From Octopus sinensis (taxonomy: Eukaryota): a stretch of 64,000 nucleotides of DNA. The position numbers and the translations under genes are program-made. This document shows, piece after piece, positions 1 through 12,455 of this stretch. Positions within the stretch are counted from its first letter, which is position 1; each line of letters starts with the position of its first letter. The notes under the pieces were generated by a model. The model had not been told where the DNA came from, made no database searches, and was given only the letters and a program-made list of their open reading frames with translations. The stretch covers positions 103,292,001 to 103,356,000 of the forward strand of contig NC_043004.1 of assembly GCF_006345805.1 (NCBI RefSeq), given 5' to 3'.

Positions 1-429
1 AGAACTTCTTAATCACACAGAATACAAGTCTGCTAACTTTTGTCCAACTGCAATTCATTACCCAGTGATATATTCACATCATTAATGAATTCCGAATCTG
101 AATCAAAAAGTTCACTTTCCGTTTTATCTCCTCTCGATTGTCTCCTTAACTAATTATGCAAAAGAACTTACTAGATTAACTGCCACTGTATTTACAGAAC
201 AGTTTATTCCCTTGCTACTCCTATCTAAAAAGTTTCTCATTTCCAAAAATTAAATTAACTACACTATCAGAAGCTGACAGCAGGCCAAAATAACTCAAGT
301 TATCTCTTCTCACCATCATACCGTTTATAAAATATTATGTGTAAACTCTGTATTTTTTTTATTTGATTAAGCTTTGAGAGGCGACAATTTATAACATACA
401 TACAAACATACAAACATACATACATACAA

Positions 430-3296
430 AGACACCGATCCAGAGGATTATACTGAGCCAAAATGGATTACCTCCCTCCAAAAAAAACATCAACGGACTC
501 AGGAAAAAGATGGGACATTTGGATGCTATCGTCAAATGCAAAGCTAAAGATGAATTCACTAATCATCATTTATTTCTGCAGGATAAATTCTCCAAATTGT
601 ATGGGAATTGCCGCCAAGAAATAATGCTCACAAGCAAAGTCATCACCCTCAGACACTTTCTACACGCGATATATGAAAAACTTCGTTACTGCAAAAAGAT
701 TACATGGACGAAAAATTATAAACCGCAAGTTTGCCCAAAACCCACAAACTGTATGTCTCAGTATGAAAGGTGACACCGCCAAGGTAGTAAGTGTTCCTCT
801 CTAGGAAGACCTAGAGTTATTCTGACGGGGAATCAGGGAACGCAATCGCGATGCAGCATGGAACACAATCGCGATGTAGCATGGTTAAACAGAACTACCG
901 AGTGAGTATTGTGTAAAATGCCTCTTTCAAAACATAGAGCATCACCTGTGAAACACTCCTGACACTTATTATGAAACTGCGAATGGAAAATCAGGTGGGA
1001 GAGACCTGATAGTAGGTCACTGGTACAAAAAGCTCACGTTTCTACAGGGAAATTCTCACAACCTTGTTTTAAAAAAATGGACAGTGAGCTAGATATACCA
1101 GATTGGCTGACCGTAGATTAGACTACTCTTATCTCCAAGAACAACACAACCCATGTGACCAAAAGCTGTGCGTGAGTGTTATGTATAAACTGTACACAGG
1201 CTGTCTGAATATGCTTCTCCAAGAACACTACCAAACAAATGGTGTGATAACTGATGATCATGCAGGAGAAATGAAAAGAGTCTGGGGTTGTGCTGAACAG
1301 CTTCTCCTCAACAAAGCTGTCCTTAAGATGCCAAGAAACATGGCTGGCTTATAAGAACAACATGGCCAGTTTACAAGAAGACGTTCGACTCTGTCTCTCA
1401 CTTATGGGTGATACAATCACTATACCTTACCAAAGTACCAGCTGCTATAACGAATGACATTGAAAGACTGATCACAACATGGTCTACTAAAGCTCGTAAG
1501 CTATCAACAAGCACATACCAGAATGATAGTTTATCTGAATGTTGCTTGAACTAGTAGTGAACTTTTTGTCAGCCCTGTTGACAAAATGCCAAGGCTACAT
1601 GATGGGATATGCAGAAAAGAATGAAATTAATGTCACGCATGCATTTTTATGTTGATGACCTAAAGTTATATTCTGGTAACATGAAAAACATAAAGAAACA
1701 TTTAGAACTAGTCACAACATTCCCACGAGACATAAGAATGGAGTTTGGGAAAGATAAATTCTCATATATGATAGTCATCCGAGGAACGATTGTCGACCAG
1801 ACAGAGGACATGTACATCAACGGCTTGTCTATCTCCCATCATCTCTAATGATGAAAACTATGAATATCTCGGAATCGATGAGAATGTTGCATACGTCTTT
1901 GCTGTAATTAAAACCAGAATAACAGGCTCCGGAAAATATAGAACTCATAGCTGTCTGCATTTAACAAGACAATATCTCACAACAAAGCTTTTACTGTGCC
2001 AGTGCTAGTACCAACACTTGGGCTTTTGGACAGGATACTCGACGAGATTCTTAGCCTGGACACCAAAGCTAGAAAGATTCTGAACACCACTGGCAACTTC
2101 CACATTAACAGCAACACCAATAGGATATATGTGACATGAAAAGATGGTGGTAGAGACATAACAGCCTTTTAATGTCGCATTGTATCACTCAGCATCTGCT
2201 TATCAGTAAAGAAAGAAACGAGTACATTACATGCATACTCAAAAGTGAGGGCAATAACACCTTCAGAGTTGGAGAAGAACTACCGAGCAAGTACTCTGAA
2301 AATACAACTGTCTCATGCGACCCAAAGAAGGCTGGGATTGCCTATTTTAAGAGAAGCTTGGAGAAGCAGGCATCATACCAGCAAAAAGCAGTGCATGATA
2401 CATATCCCGTTGACAGGAAGACTAGCCACTCCTGGACTTGTGATAGATACATTGCATCCTAACTAGAATAGTATGCCTTCGCTGTCCAGGAACAGGAGAG
2501 ACAAAGATACCATCAAACCTGCACGTTGTGATAGAAACTGTCGGCTCTGTTATACTAGTGTGAAGGATATCATCCACATCATTAACATTTGTTCCAAAGT
2601 GTCTACGAAATACTCCTGTCCTTGAGGCATGATATAGTTGCATAGATTATTTACTTCGCTATCTGTGTATACATCAAAGGCATGTCAGAATCAACATGTA
2701 TTCACACCTTTAAAAACAAAGAATACTGGTGGAGCACTCCAATAAAAAAACAACAACTTGGGGCAAACATAACACACCTGATATTATTTTGTGATACAGG
2801 GTACAAAAGTCATGTACTGTTGTAGAGGTCAGCTGCCCAGCGGATGCGAATGTACCATCAAAGGTCCTGGAAAAAAGAACATTTAAAGTGAATTAATGCA
2901 GAACTTACAGCTTTTGTACCTTGACCATAAATTCTCTTTTGAACCTATCGTCATTGGTGCATTAGACTATGTACCAACAAATTTAGACAAAAACCTAAGA
3001 ATTCTAGGTTTTTCGAAGAAAGAGCAAACGAAATTAACGCGCCTTCTCGAAATCCAATCTATTAGCGACACAGTGAAGGATCTGTAAAATATTCCAAAGA
3101 TTCTCCGTCTGAGGTTCTTTAGGTGAACAGATGCACATACTTTGGTGTGTACATCAACAGCTCAACCAACACACCAACTCAACCACATATTTACAAGCAA
3201 TGGGAACTCACTTAACTCAAAAAGCCTTGTCGCTTTGTTAGCGACCGGCTTGAACTCTCTAAATAAGAACTTAAATACAACTCAAAGAAAAAAAAC
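430..3296 (+). mobile_element. Decayed R4/Dong-clade non-LTR retrotransposon (RT, CCHC knuckle, restriction-like endonuclease)
   Basis: Frameshifted fragments: GCAEQLLLNK (RT), KKTFDSVSH, HFYVDDLKL (catalytic DD), YEYLGIDEN, FAVQEQE, CRLCYTSVKDIIHIINIC, VEVSCPADAN, FSFEPIVIGAL. A-rich 3' end near 3285-3296. Confidence 0.85.
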
Positions 3297-3304
3297 ATAG
3301 ACTT

Positions 3305-3482
3305 AGGCGCAGGAGTGGCTGCGTGGTTAGTAGCTCGCTTACCAACCACATGGTTCCGGGTTCAGTCCCACTGCGTGGCACCTTGGGCAAATGTCTTCTA
3401 CTATAGCCTCGGGCCGACCAAAGCCTTGTAAGTGGATTTGGTAGACGGAAACTGAAAGAAGCCCGTCGTATATATGTATGTT

Positions 3483-3542
<60 letters not shown>

Positions 3543-3755
3543 TGTGTCTGTGTTTGTCCCCCCAACATCGCTTGACAACTGATGCCGGTGTGTTTACGTC
3601 CCCGTAACTTAGCGGTTCGGCAAAAGGGACCGATAGAATAAGTACGAGGCTTCCAAAGAATAAGTCCTGGAGTCGATTTGCTCGGCTAAAGGCGGTGCTC
3701 CAGCATGGGCACAGTCAAATGACTAAAACAAGTAAAAGAGTAAAAGAATAAAAGA
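3305..3755 (+). mobile_element. tRNA-derived SINE family A with internal microsatellite. Other copies: 38168..38592(+), 44207..44616(+), 29644..30035(+), 59705..60044(-), 61651..62053(-), 63634..64000(-); partial copies near 11000, 24380, 27662, 42890, 45937
   Basis: Shared head AGGCGCAGGAGTGGCTGTGTGGT...GGTTCAGTCCCACTGCGTGGCACCTTGGGC, internal (TA)/(TG) tract, tail ...GACTGAAACAAG(TAAAAGAG)n. Confidence 0.92.
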
Positions 3756-3965
3756 ATAGAAGCACGCACACATATCCAAACACACACACACACACATATA
3801 TTATGATTTCGTTTAGGTATAGCGATATTAATAGTCGGTAGATATAACTAAATATGCGTACAGTTTCGTGTAAAGCATGCGGTGAATACAGACAGCAATG
3901 TTAATGGATGACAAGAGAATAGGAGCCAGATAATCACTTTCACAGAGATTATGGAGCTCCTGCTC

Positions 3966-4252
<287 letters not shown>

Positions 4253-4442
4253 GACATGTGCATGTATGCGTGTATCTATGTACGTATGTATACGTATATA
4301 AGTGTGTGTGTAGATATATATACGTATGTGTGTATGTATATGTATATGCATATATATGTGAGTGTGTGTAGATATACAGTACATGTATTTATATATATAA
4401 ATGTATGCATGTATATACATGTGTGTATGTGTGTGTGCGTGT

Positions 4443-4710
4443 GTGTGTGCAGGTGCGTGTGTGTGTGCAGGTGCGTGTGTGTGCAGGTGTGTGTGTGTGC
4501 AGGTGCGTGTGTGTGCAGGTGCGTGTGTGTGCAGGTGCGTGTGTGTGCAGGTGCGTGTGTGTGCAGGTGCGTGTGTGTGCAGTGCGTGTGTGTGCAGGTG
4601 CGTGTGTGTGCAGGTGCGTGTGTGTGCAGGTGCGTGTGTGTGCAGGTGCGTGTGTGTGCAGGTGCGTGTGTGTGCAGGTGCGGTGTGTGTGCAGGTGCGT
4701 GTGTGTGCAT
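4443..4710. repeat. Minisatellite (GTGTGTGCAGGTGC)n, about 19 units
   Basis: 14-bp unit embedded in a GT-rich tract. Confidence 0.95.
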
Positions 4711-4944
4711 CTTTTAAAAATTCAAGCTGGTCACTAACAAAGTTATAAAACTCTTTTATTTGAGTCGAAACAGTTCCAGGTATTTATGAATGTATGAACG
4801 AGGTAATGTATGAGCTTAAGTAAAGGTGTAAGCGTGTCGATATGCTTGCATTCAGAATACGGGTGTACATGTCTCTTTAGTACACGAATGTGTGTTTGTG
4901 CGCGTGTATCGATTTGCGTGTGTGATCTTTCTATATACATAGAG

Positions 4945-5088
4945 AATACCAAACTCATTCCCTATGGATACCGTATTTATTACAACGAGTGGCTTGTAAG
5001 CGTATCTAACGAGCGAAAGCGAGTTAGATACGTTTACAAGCCACGAGTTGTAATAAATACGGTATCCATAGGGAATGAGTTTGGTATT
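4945..5088. repeat. 144-bp near-perfect palindrome (70-bp arms, GAAA loop)
   Basis: Arms are complementary except for two tandem G.A/A.G mismatches in CGAG/CGAG context and one G.T. Confidence 0.95.
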
Positions 5089-5182
5089 TTATTTATTACA
5101 CACGAATAAACGACCATATTTTATTAACCCAATAACTAAATTCTTCACATCGTCTTGAAGCGCGCATGAATACAGCTTGATT

Positions 5183-5510
5183 TCACGTCAGTGACGTCAC
5201 AATGTGTAACTGTAAAAGATGTCCTGCCGCAGGAAGATAGTCCGACTTTATAGCGCTAAGTTTTCAGGTGAAATGACCCATAACATAATATTTTGTTAAC
5301 ATTCAAGTTCACGTTCAAGAAATACATAACACAGATTGAATCTTCAATAATTTTAATAATACTGAAACCTGTTTTCGAGTAGCAATGTCGGTCAATGGCT
5401 ACATTCTACCTGCTCGTGAAAGTAATGAATGAAGTTTAGTTGTAACTTATGAATGACAAAAGTAGTGCCGTCACCGTGACCTCGGGTCATCACCATGGAT
5501 TGACCAATCA
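5183..5510 (+). promoter_or_regulatory. Candidate SPTLC1 promoter region
   Basis: TCACGTCA (5183-5190) abuts the palindromic CRE GTGACGTCAC (5191-5200). NF-Y-type GACCAATCAG at 5502-5511. Non-repetitive and CpG-richer than its flanks. Candidate first coding exon ATGGCTACATTCTACCTGCTCGTGAAA|gtaatg (5395..5421, MATFYLLVK, phase 0). Confidence 0.35.
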
Positions 5511-5725
5511 GAAGCAGCGCTCGCAGTATCTGACATATGTTAGATACCAAAAATATCTCAAAGTGTTCTCACTCACATGTGTGTAATAAATGATTGTAAA
5601 TCATCTTTTTTTTCAGTCTTAGACGAGACATTCATATCCGCTAGACAGCTGATTTCTAAAAAAAGTATTTACGAGTTTTGCTACTAGTGCCACAGAATAA
5701 TATCCATTCTGTTATAGGCACAAGG

Positions 5726-5985
5726 GTGGAGGCGCGTGGCTTAGTGGTTAGGGTGTCAGCATCATGATCGTAAGATTGTGGTTTCGATTCCTGGACCGGG
5801 CAACGCGTTGTGTTCTTGAGCAAAACACTTCATTTCACGTTGCTCCAGTCCACTCAGCTGGCAAAAATGAGTAACGCTGCGATGGACTGGCGTCCGTCCA
5901 GCTGGGGAACACATACGTCATGGAAACCGGGAAACCGGGCCCATGAGCCTGGCTAGGCTTTAAAAGGGCGCATTTATTTATTATT
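5726..5985 (+). mobile_element. tRNA-derived SINE, family D (head H2 with CORE-like segment + V-domain-like tail T2)
   Basis: GTTGTGTTCTTGAGCAAAACACTT (CORE-like), GCGATGGACTGGCGTCCGTCCAG (V-domain-like). TSD TTATAGGCACAAGG (5712-5725, 5986-5999). Confidence 0.88.
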
Positions 5986-7300
5986 TTATAGGCACAAGGC
6001 CTGAAATTTTGTATACAACAGGTTCTTATTTTATCGACTCCGAAAAGATGAAAGGCTACGTCAACCACAGCAGCATTTGAACTCTGAATGTAAAGTCAAG
6101 TGAAATGCTAACGATTCTACAGAATAATCTCAGTTTCGAATTTTGGCACAAGGCCTGCAAGTTATTTTTGGTGGGGTGCGGTACGTCGATTATATCGACT
6201 CAGGAGCTCAACTCGTACTTATTTCATCGACTCCGAAAGGATGAAAGTCAAAGTCAAAGTCGATGAAATTTGAACTCAGAACGTTAAGATCGCCGAAATG
6301 TCGCTAAGCATTTTGCTTGGCGTGCTAACGATTCTACAGAGTAATATCGGTTTCAAATGTTGACTCAAGGCCAGCAGTATTTGGGGGGAGGGGACAAGTC
6401 GATTTCACCTGCCCCACTACTTGATTGGTACTCATTTTATCGACTCTGAAATCATGAAAGGCAAAATCGATCCCGGCAGAATTTGAACTCAGAATGTATA
6501 AGACGGACGAAATACCTATTTCTTTACTATCCACAAGGGGCTAAACACAGAGAGGACAAACAAGGACAGACAAACGGATTAAGCCGATTATATCGACCCC
6601 AGTGCGTAACAGGTACTTATTTAATCGACCCCGAAAGGATGAAAGACAAAGTCGACCTCAGCGGAATTTGAACTCAGAATGTAACGGCAGACGAAATACG
6701 GCTACGCATTTCGCCCGGCGTGCTAACGTTTCTGCCAGCTCGCCGCCTTATGATAACGTAGATTTAAAGACACCCATATATGCGCACATGTATACACATA
6801 CACATGTTTATGTGCACATATGCATATACACATCCAAACACAAGCACATATACATACACCAAAATATACAAGTACATTTGCTCTTAAAAAGCTGATTTTG
6901 AGGAAGTTAGCATAAAGGAGGAGTTAGAGAGAAGCACTGAGTATTAGCAAATGGTTCTGTGGAGGTGATACGTATGCTAACATGTGCATACGGTAATTAC
7001 GAACTTTTCAATTAAGCAGTGGAGGACAATTTAGCACTACGCATATCTGGATAAAGCCCCTGTATTAATCCCTAACGTCAACAACATCTATATTCTGGTT
7101 AAATAAAACATGAGGAAAAGAACGAAATGTTTCTTTACAATATTTGCCAGTTTATTTTGTCTCTTTGTCTTCTCTCCTGGTGCTGTATGAACATTTAATG
7201 TGGTTTTAGAGTCACGTTTTGACTGCTATTTTCAGCGTGGTGGTATCTTTTAGATACCCTAAATTATAATTTTAAATATATATATTTATATTTGTATATA

Positions 7301-9625
7301 CAGAGCAACCTCGGTTCTCGGCCATAATTTGTTCTGAAAGTCTGTTCTAAAACCGAATTGTTCTAGAACCGAATTGTTCTAGAACCGAATCATTTTTTCT
7401 TCCCATTATAATTAATGTAAAAGAGGTTAATTCGTTTCCAAGTACCGGATGACTGCTTTATATACATGCTTACACTATATATTTTAGTTTTAAAACGTTT
7501 ATTCAAACTGTAAATGACACACAAAGGTGTGTCATTTCTTAGAAGGAGAGTCTCCTTCCATAAAATAAAACTTCTGGTAACTGTCCTTCGGGTGTTTCTT
7601 CCCTTCTCTGTCTCTTTGGCTCAGATAAATCTTTCTCTGGGGTTTCTTTTCTTTGTTCTTGCAGTAAAACCTCTCCAAAATTAGTTGTTTTTGTCTGCTT
7701 TGTAAATTTTTTCTAAAATGAGAGATGGCATCGTCATTGAAAAGTTTTACTGCGCTGTTTGCTACCACTGTATCAGGGGGATATTTTACCAAAAGACTTT
7801 GCACATCACCCAATTTAGCACAAATTTCTTTGATTAAAGAACTTGGGACATCCTCCTTTCCTTCCTCCTCCTCAGAAGACATTTCCTCAGCCAAAGTCTT
7901 TTGCTGTTCATTTTGAAGGTGTACGAGTTCTTCGGTGGTAATCTCAGTATGGTGGTCTTCAACCAACTCTTCAATATCTTCACTGTCGACATCCAAGTCC
8001 TTAGTTTTTCCCATAGAAACAAGATTATCTACAATAGCAATTTCTTCGACAGCAGTAATACTTGTAGCTGTCTCAAACCCCTCAACGTTTCGTTCTGGTA
8101 CACAGTCTGGCCAAAGTTTCCTCCATGCTGAATTCATGGTTCTATAACTCACTTGGTTCCATGCATTATCAATCAGATTAACACAATTCAGGATATTGAA
8201 ATGATTTTTTCCAAAATTCTCTGAGAATTAACTGAGTGTCATTAGTGAGTTGGAAACACTTTCGAAACAGAGCTTTTGTGTAAATTTTTTTAAAGAATGC
8301 AATGACCTGTTGGTCCATTTGTTGTATTAGAGGAGTTGTGTTGGGTGGCGGGTATTTGACTTGAATAAAATCAAACTCTTCAACTAAATCATCCTCAAAA
8401 CCTGGAGGGTGAGCGGGAGCATCGTCTAACCTGAGAAGGCATTTTAGTGACAAATTTTTTTCTGGCAGATAATTTTTAACACGCGGGGCAAAAACTTCAT
8501 GAATCCACTCAATAAAAAATTGTCTGGTTACCCTAGCTTCCGTATTAGCCCACCACATAACAGGCAATTTACTCTTCATAACATTGTTTCTTTTGAAAAC
8601 CTTCGCATTATCGGAATGGTAAACAAGCAATGGCTTGACCTTGAAATCGCCACTTGCGTTGCAGTATTGCAAAAGAGTGAGTCTGTCTATCATTGGCATG
8701 TGCCCTGGCAACATTTTTTTCCTCCTCAGTAATATAGGTCCTATTTGGCATTCGTTTCCAAAATAATCCTGTTTCATCCCCGTTAAACACCTGTCGAGGG
8801 AGATAACCTCCTTCTTATTCAAACTGTAAACTCAATCACAAATTTCAGTTACTAAACTCAGTCACAAATTTCCTTGTTTGAACTCGCCGCCTTTCCAAGC
8901 CTAATTACATTGTGTATTTCACTTCGCTTCTTAGATTTCTCGAACTAGCCTCTACTAGCTTTGAATTCAAAATTATCGATTTCAGGACTTGTACCACGAG
9001 TTTTCTTTACTAGATCATTATAAATTTCTAACGCTTTCTCACAAATAAATGTTTCACTGATACTGTCACCGGCTAACCGTTTCTTATTTATTAAAATAAG
9101 GAATAACTTTTCCACTTCTTCGAATATCTTTGGTCTTTGTTTATTAATAACAGTCACTCCTTTTGCAACATCAGCTGCTTTTATCACTTCCTTATTTTTT
9201 AGAATAGTAGATATTGTCGATTTAGGCATACCGTACTGCACAGCGAGATCTGACCCACGAATGCCATTTTCGTGTTTTGCGATGATTTCTTCACTTCAAT
9301 TGTTTTTCTCTCAACTTTTCTTTTTCCATTACCAGTACCACTGCTAGCTTTCTTCGGATCCACGACTAAGGGCTAATGAAAAGAGAAAAAAAGGAACAAT
9401 ACAATAAAATTCGAAAAGAAAAGCAAAACACAACACACGATTGTATACAACACGACGGTCGACTCAGAAATGATATCGTTCGGGTTAACTCGGTTCGGCT
9501 CGATTTAGCAATGTTGTTCAAGAACCGAAATTTTATTTGATAACCCAGGCATTTTCATCTTGAATCTTCAATTCGAAAACCGATTTGTTCGACATGTGAT
9601 ACGTTCGAGAACCGAGATTGCTCTG
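7301..9625 (-). mobile_element. Full-length Tigger/pogo (Tc1-mariner superfamily) DNA transposon with a disrupted transposase
   Basis: 20-bp TIRs CAGAGCAA(C/T)CTCGGTTCTCG at 7301-7320 and 9606-9625 with TA on both flanks. Minus-strand fragments: CENP-B-type HTH (MPKSTISTILKNK), FNGDETGLFWK, LRLDDAPAH...PNTTPLIQQMDQQVI (36 residues between the second and third Asp). Confidence 0.95.
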
Positions 9626-10185
9626 TATATATATATATATATATATAATATATATATATATAATATATATATATATCAGAGGCGACTACAGGTCATCAGC
9701 ATCACTCGGGATCGTCACAGATTTCGCATAAGACACATGCTTGCCCGAAGAATTTCACGTTTCTCCGCCATATTTCTAGCCCCAAACGGCTGATTTTTTA
9801 ATACCTAGCACTAAGTCTTTCTCCATTTCTAAGTTAAGGGTAAAAATAAAATAACCCTGCAAAACACAAATGATCTTTAAACACAGACGCACAGAATAAC
9901 AACAATCAAATAACAACAGTGAAGTGCACAACAGACATCAGCCATCTGACTGTCGCTTGTACTCTTGACAAGAGATGCCAGTTAGTCTTTTACACTCACC
10001 AGGCTCGTTCGTATTAGCCCGAGATGCTGGATAATTTTTCGTTCCTTTAAGAATATTGTAGAACGGAATATTGTAGGACTGAAACTTTTCATAGATTGGA
10101 GGTTTTCAAGCAGTTGTCCGTAGTATTCTCTTTGACTTTCAAAGAGATATTCGCATCAGTGGGACAGCTGATCTCCATCAAATCG

Positions 10186-10320
10186 ATGTATGTATGTATG
10201 TATGTATGTATGAATGTATGCATGTATGCATGCATGTATGTATGTATGTATATATGTATGCATGTATGTATGTATGTATGTATGTATGTATGTATGTATG
10301 TATGTATGTATGTATGTATG

Positions 10321-10354
<34 letters not shown>

Positions 10355-10492
10355 TGTATGCATGTATGCATGTATGTATGCATGTATGCATGTATGCATG
10401 CATGTATGTATGTATGTATATATGTATGCATGTATGTATGTATGTATGTATGTATGTATGTATGTATCTATGTATGCATGCATGTATGTATA
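10186..10492. repeat. (TATG)n microsatellite with TGCA variants
   Basis: Direct reading. Confidence 0.97.
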
Positions 10493-10574
10493 TATTATAC
10501 ATACTATACACAAACATATATAACTCTACAAGATAAATTATGTTATGTTGTATTTTTTGTGTTTCACATTGAAG

Positions 10575-10676
10575 GTTATCTCCCTGCGGTTCTGTTTCGA
10601 AATAATACTGGTCGGTTTGCTCATCAAACTGCTTCTGAAGAGTCGACACTTTGATCAGATTCAGCTCACTGAAGAG
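10575..10676 (+). CDS. SPTLC1: SPTLC1-like exon (human exon 2 equivalent, N-terminal TM helix): [34 protein letters not shown]
   Basis: Acceptor cacattgaag, donor GAG|gtaagt, 102 nt, phase 0-0. Hydrophobic helix aligns to human [23 protein letters not shown]...LTVK. Confidence 0.85.
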
Positions 10677-11139
10677 GTAAGTCTTTCAACCTATCACTTT
10701 CACAACTTTGATGACTATACGACACACTTTTTTCCCTTTAAAAATGTCTCAAAAAATCGTTCCAGGCCCAATTGTGAAGTTAGGTCTCCCATATACTTTA
10801 ATGAACTAAGAACTTTTTTTCTGGATACGCAATTTGAAATTGGAATGCATCTTATTTTCCCATGCGCCTTTAATTGGCGTCAATTACGGTATTTCTCTTA
10901 CTCGGAGTACAATACAGTTACTGTTGGGTGTTTAGACTTTTGATTAAAGGGTCGATGGGTCGTTGTGAGTGGGGCCAAGAGAACATGATTGACTGCATGC
11001 TTTTGGGGCATGTGTGGTTAAGAAATTCGCTTTGCAACCACATGGTTTTGGGTTCAGTCCTACTGTGCGGCACTTTGGGCAAGTATCTTTCCTTATAGCC
11101 CCGAGCCAACCAATGACCGTTGTCTTATGAGTAAAAATG

Positions 11140-11197
<58 letters not shown>

Positions 11198-11424
11198 TTA
11201 ATCCAAACAAGTAAGCACAAAAAACACAACAACGCGAGGACGTGGAACAAATAAAGTATTATTGGACGCTCGGGAAAGAAGGAAAGAAGGGGGGTTTAAC
11301 GTTTCGAGCGGAGCTCTTCGTCGGAAACATAGGAGAAGGAAAGATCCAGAGAAGGGAAGACAGAGGAAAAAAATCGCTAACGGTACACACGCGATCACAT
11401 TTTGAATATATATATATATATATG

Positions 11425-11503
<79 letters not shown>

Positions 11504-12383
11504 GTGTGTGTGTGTGTGTGTGTGTATACATACATACAAAAATGAATGAGGAAGAAAAAGAGAAAGAGACAACGTTGGGGGGAGGAAGGAAGAGAAAAAT
11601 GTTTTCTTTTGGATTGTGGGTAAAGTTAAGCGATAATGCTTGTTTTCCCTTTTTTTCTCTCAATCCGAAGCCGAAGGCGAAGACCCCAAACGTGAAATGC
11701 TTCCCTCTCCATTGGTAATTCAATCTATCTATGAACTCTCCAAAAGAAGCTAAATGCTGCTGACATTGAACATCACCAATTTTAGTAGATTCTAAATGTT
11801 ACCCTTATCCTTCCCGATAAGTTTCTGATTTCGTGTCAATCTAAGAATGCAATAATTGATAGATATCCATCTTAATGTGGTCTTCGTTGTTTCTAGGAAA
11901 AAGAACAGGTCGTACAGGAATGGACACCCGAACCGTTGGTCCCTACAGTGCCAGCTGACCATGAACTGATTGTTCGAATGAAGGAAAATGTTGTGCAAGG
12001 GTAAATATGTTTTTATTCATTAATTCTTACAATTTTATCGGCCCGTATCTCTTGCATATTGTCTTCGGGAGAATGCTTTAGAGAGCGTTGAGGAAGGTGT
12101 CATGAAAGAAAAGAGAAGAGATAGAGGGAGGGAGAGGGAGAGACGGAAAGGGAGAGAGAGTGAGAGAGAGGGAAAGAGAGAACGATAGGGGAGAGAGAAA
12201 TAGAGATAGGGGGAGGTGAATCCAGTCTTGAAGCTAAACTTATTTTTTTTACCTGTTTTCAATGCCAGTTAAAGGGTTGACATTTGTTATTTGTTTTCGT
12301 TGAATCGGCAAAGATTCCCTTCACTCAATCACCAAAACACAAGCGGGCTAACAGTGATAATGTACAATCTTTCTCCCCGACCA

Positions 12384-12455
<72 letters not shown>

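Noticed and set aside
10089-10654. Long ORFs of MYVC/YIHT/HT/IY repeats here and at 3828-4748, 13197-13829, 34674-35386 and 55852-56490
   Set aside because: Translations of stop-free microsatellites, not genes.
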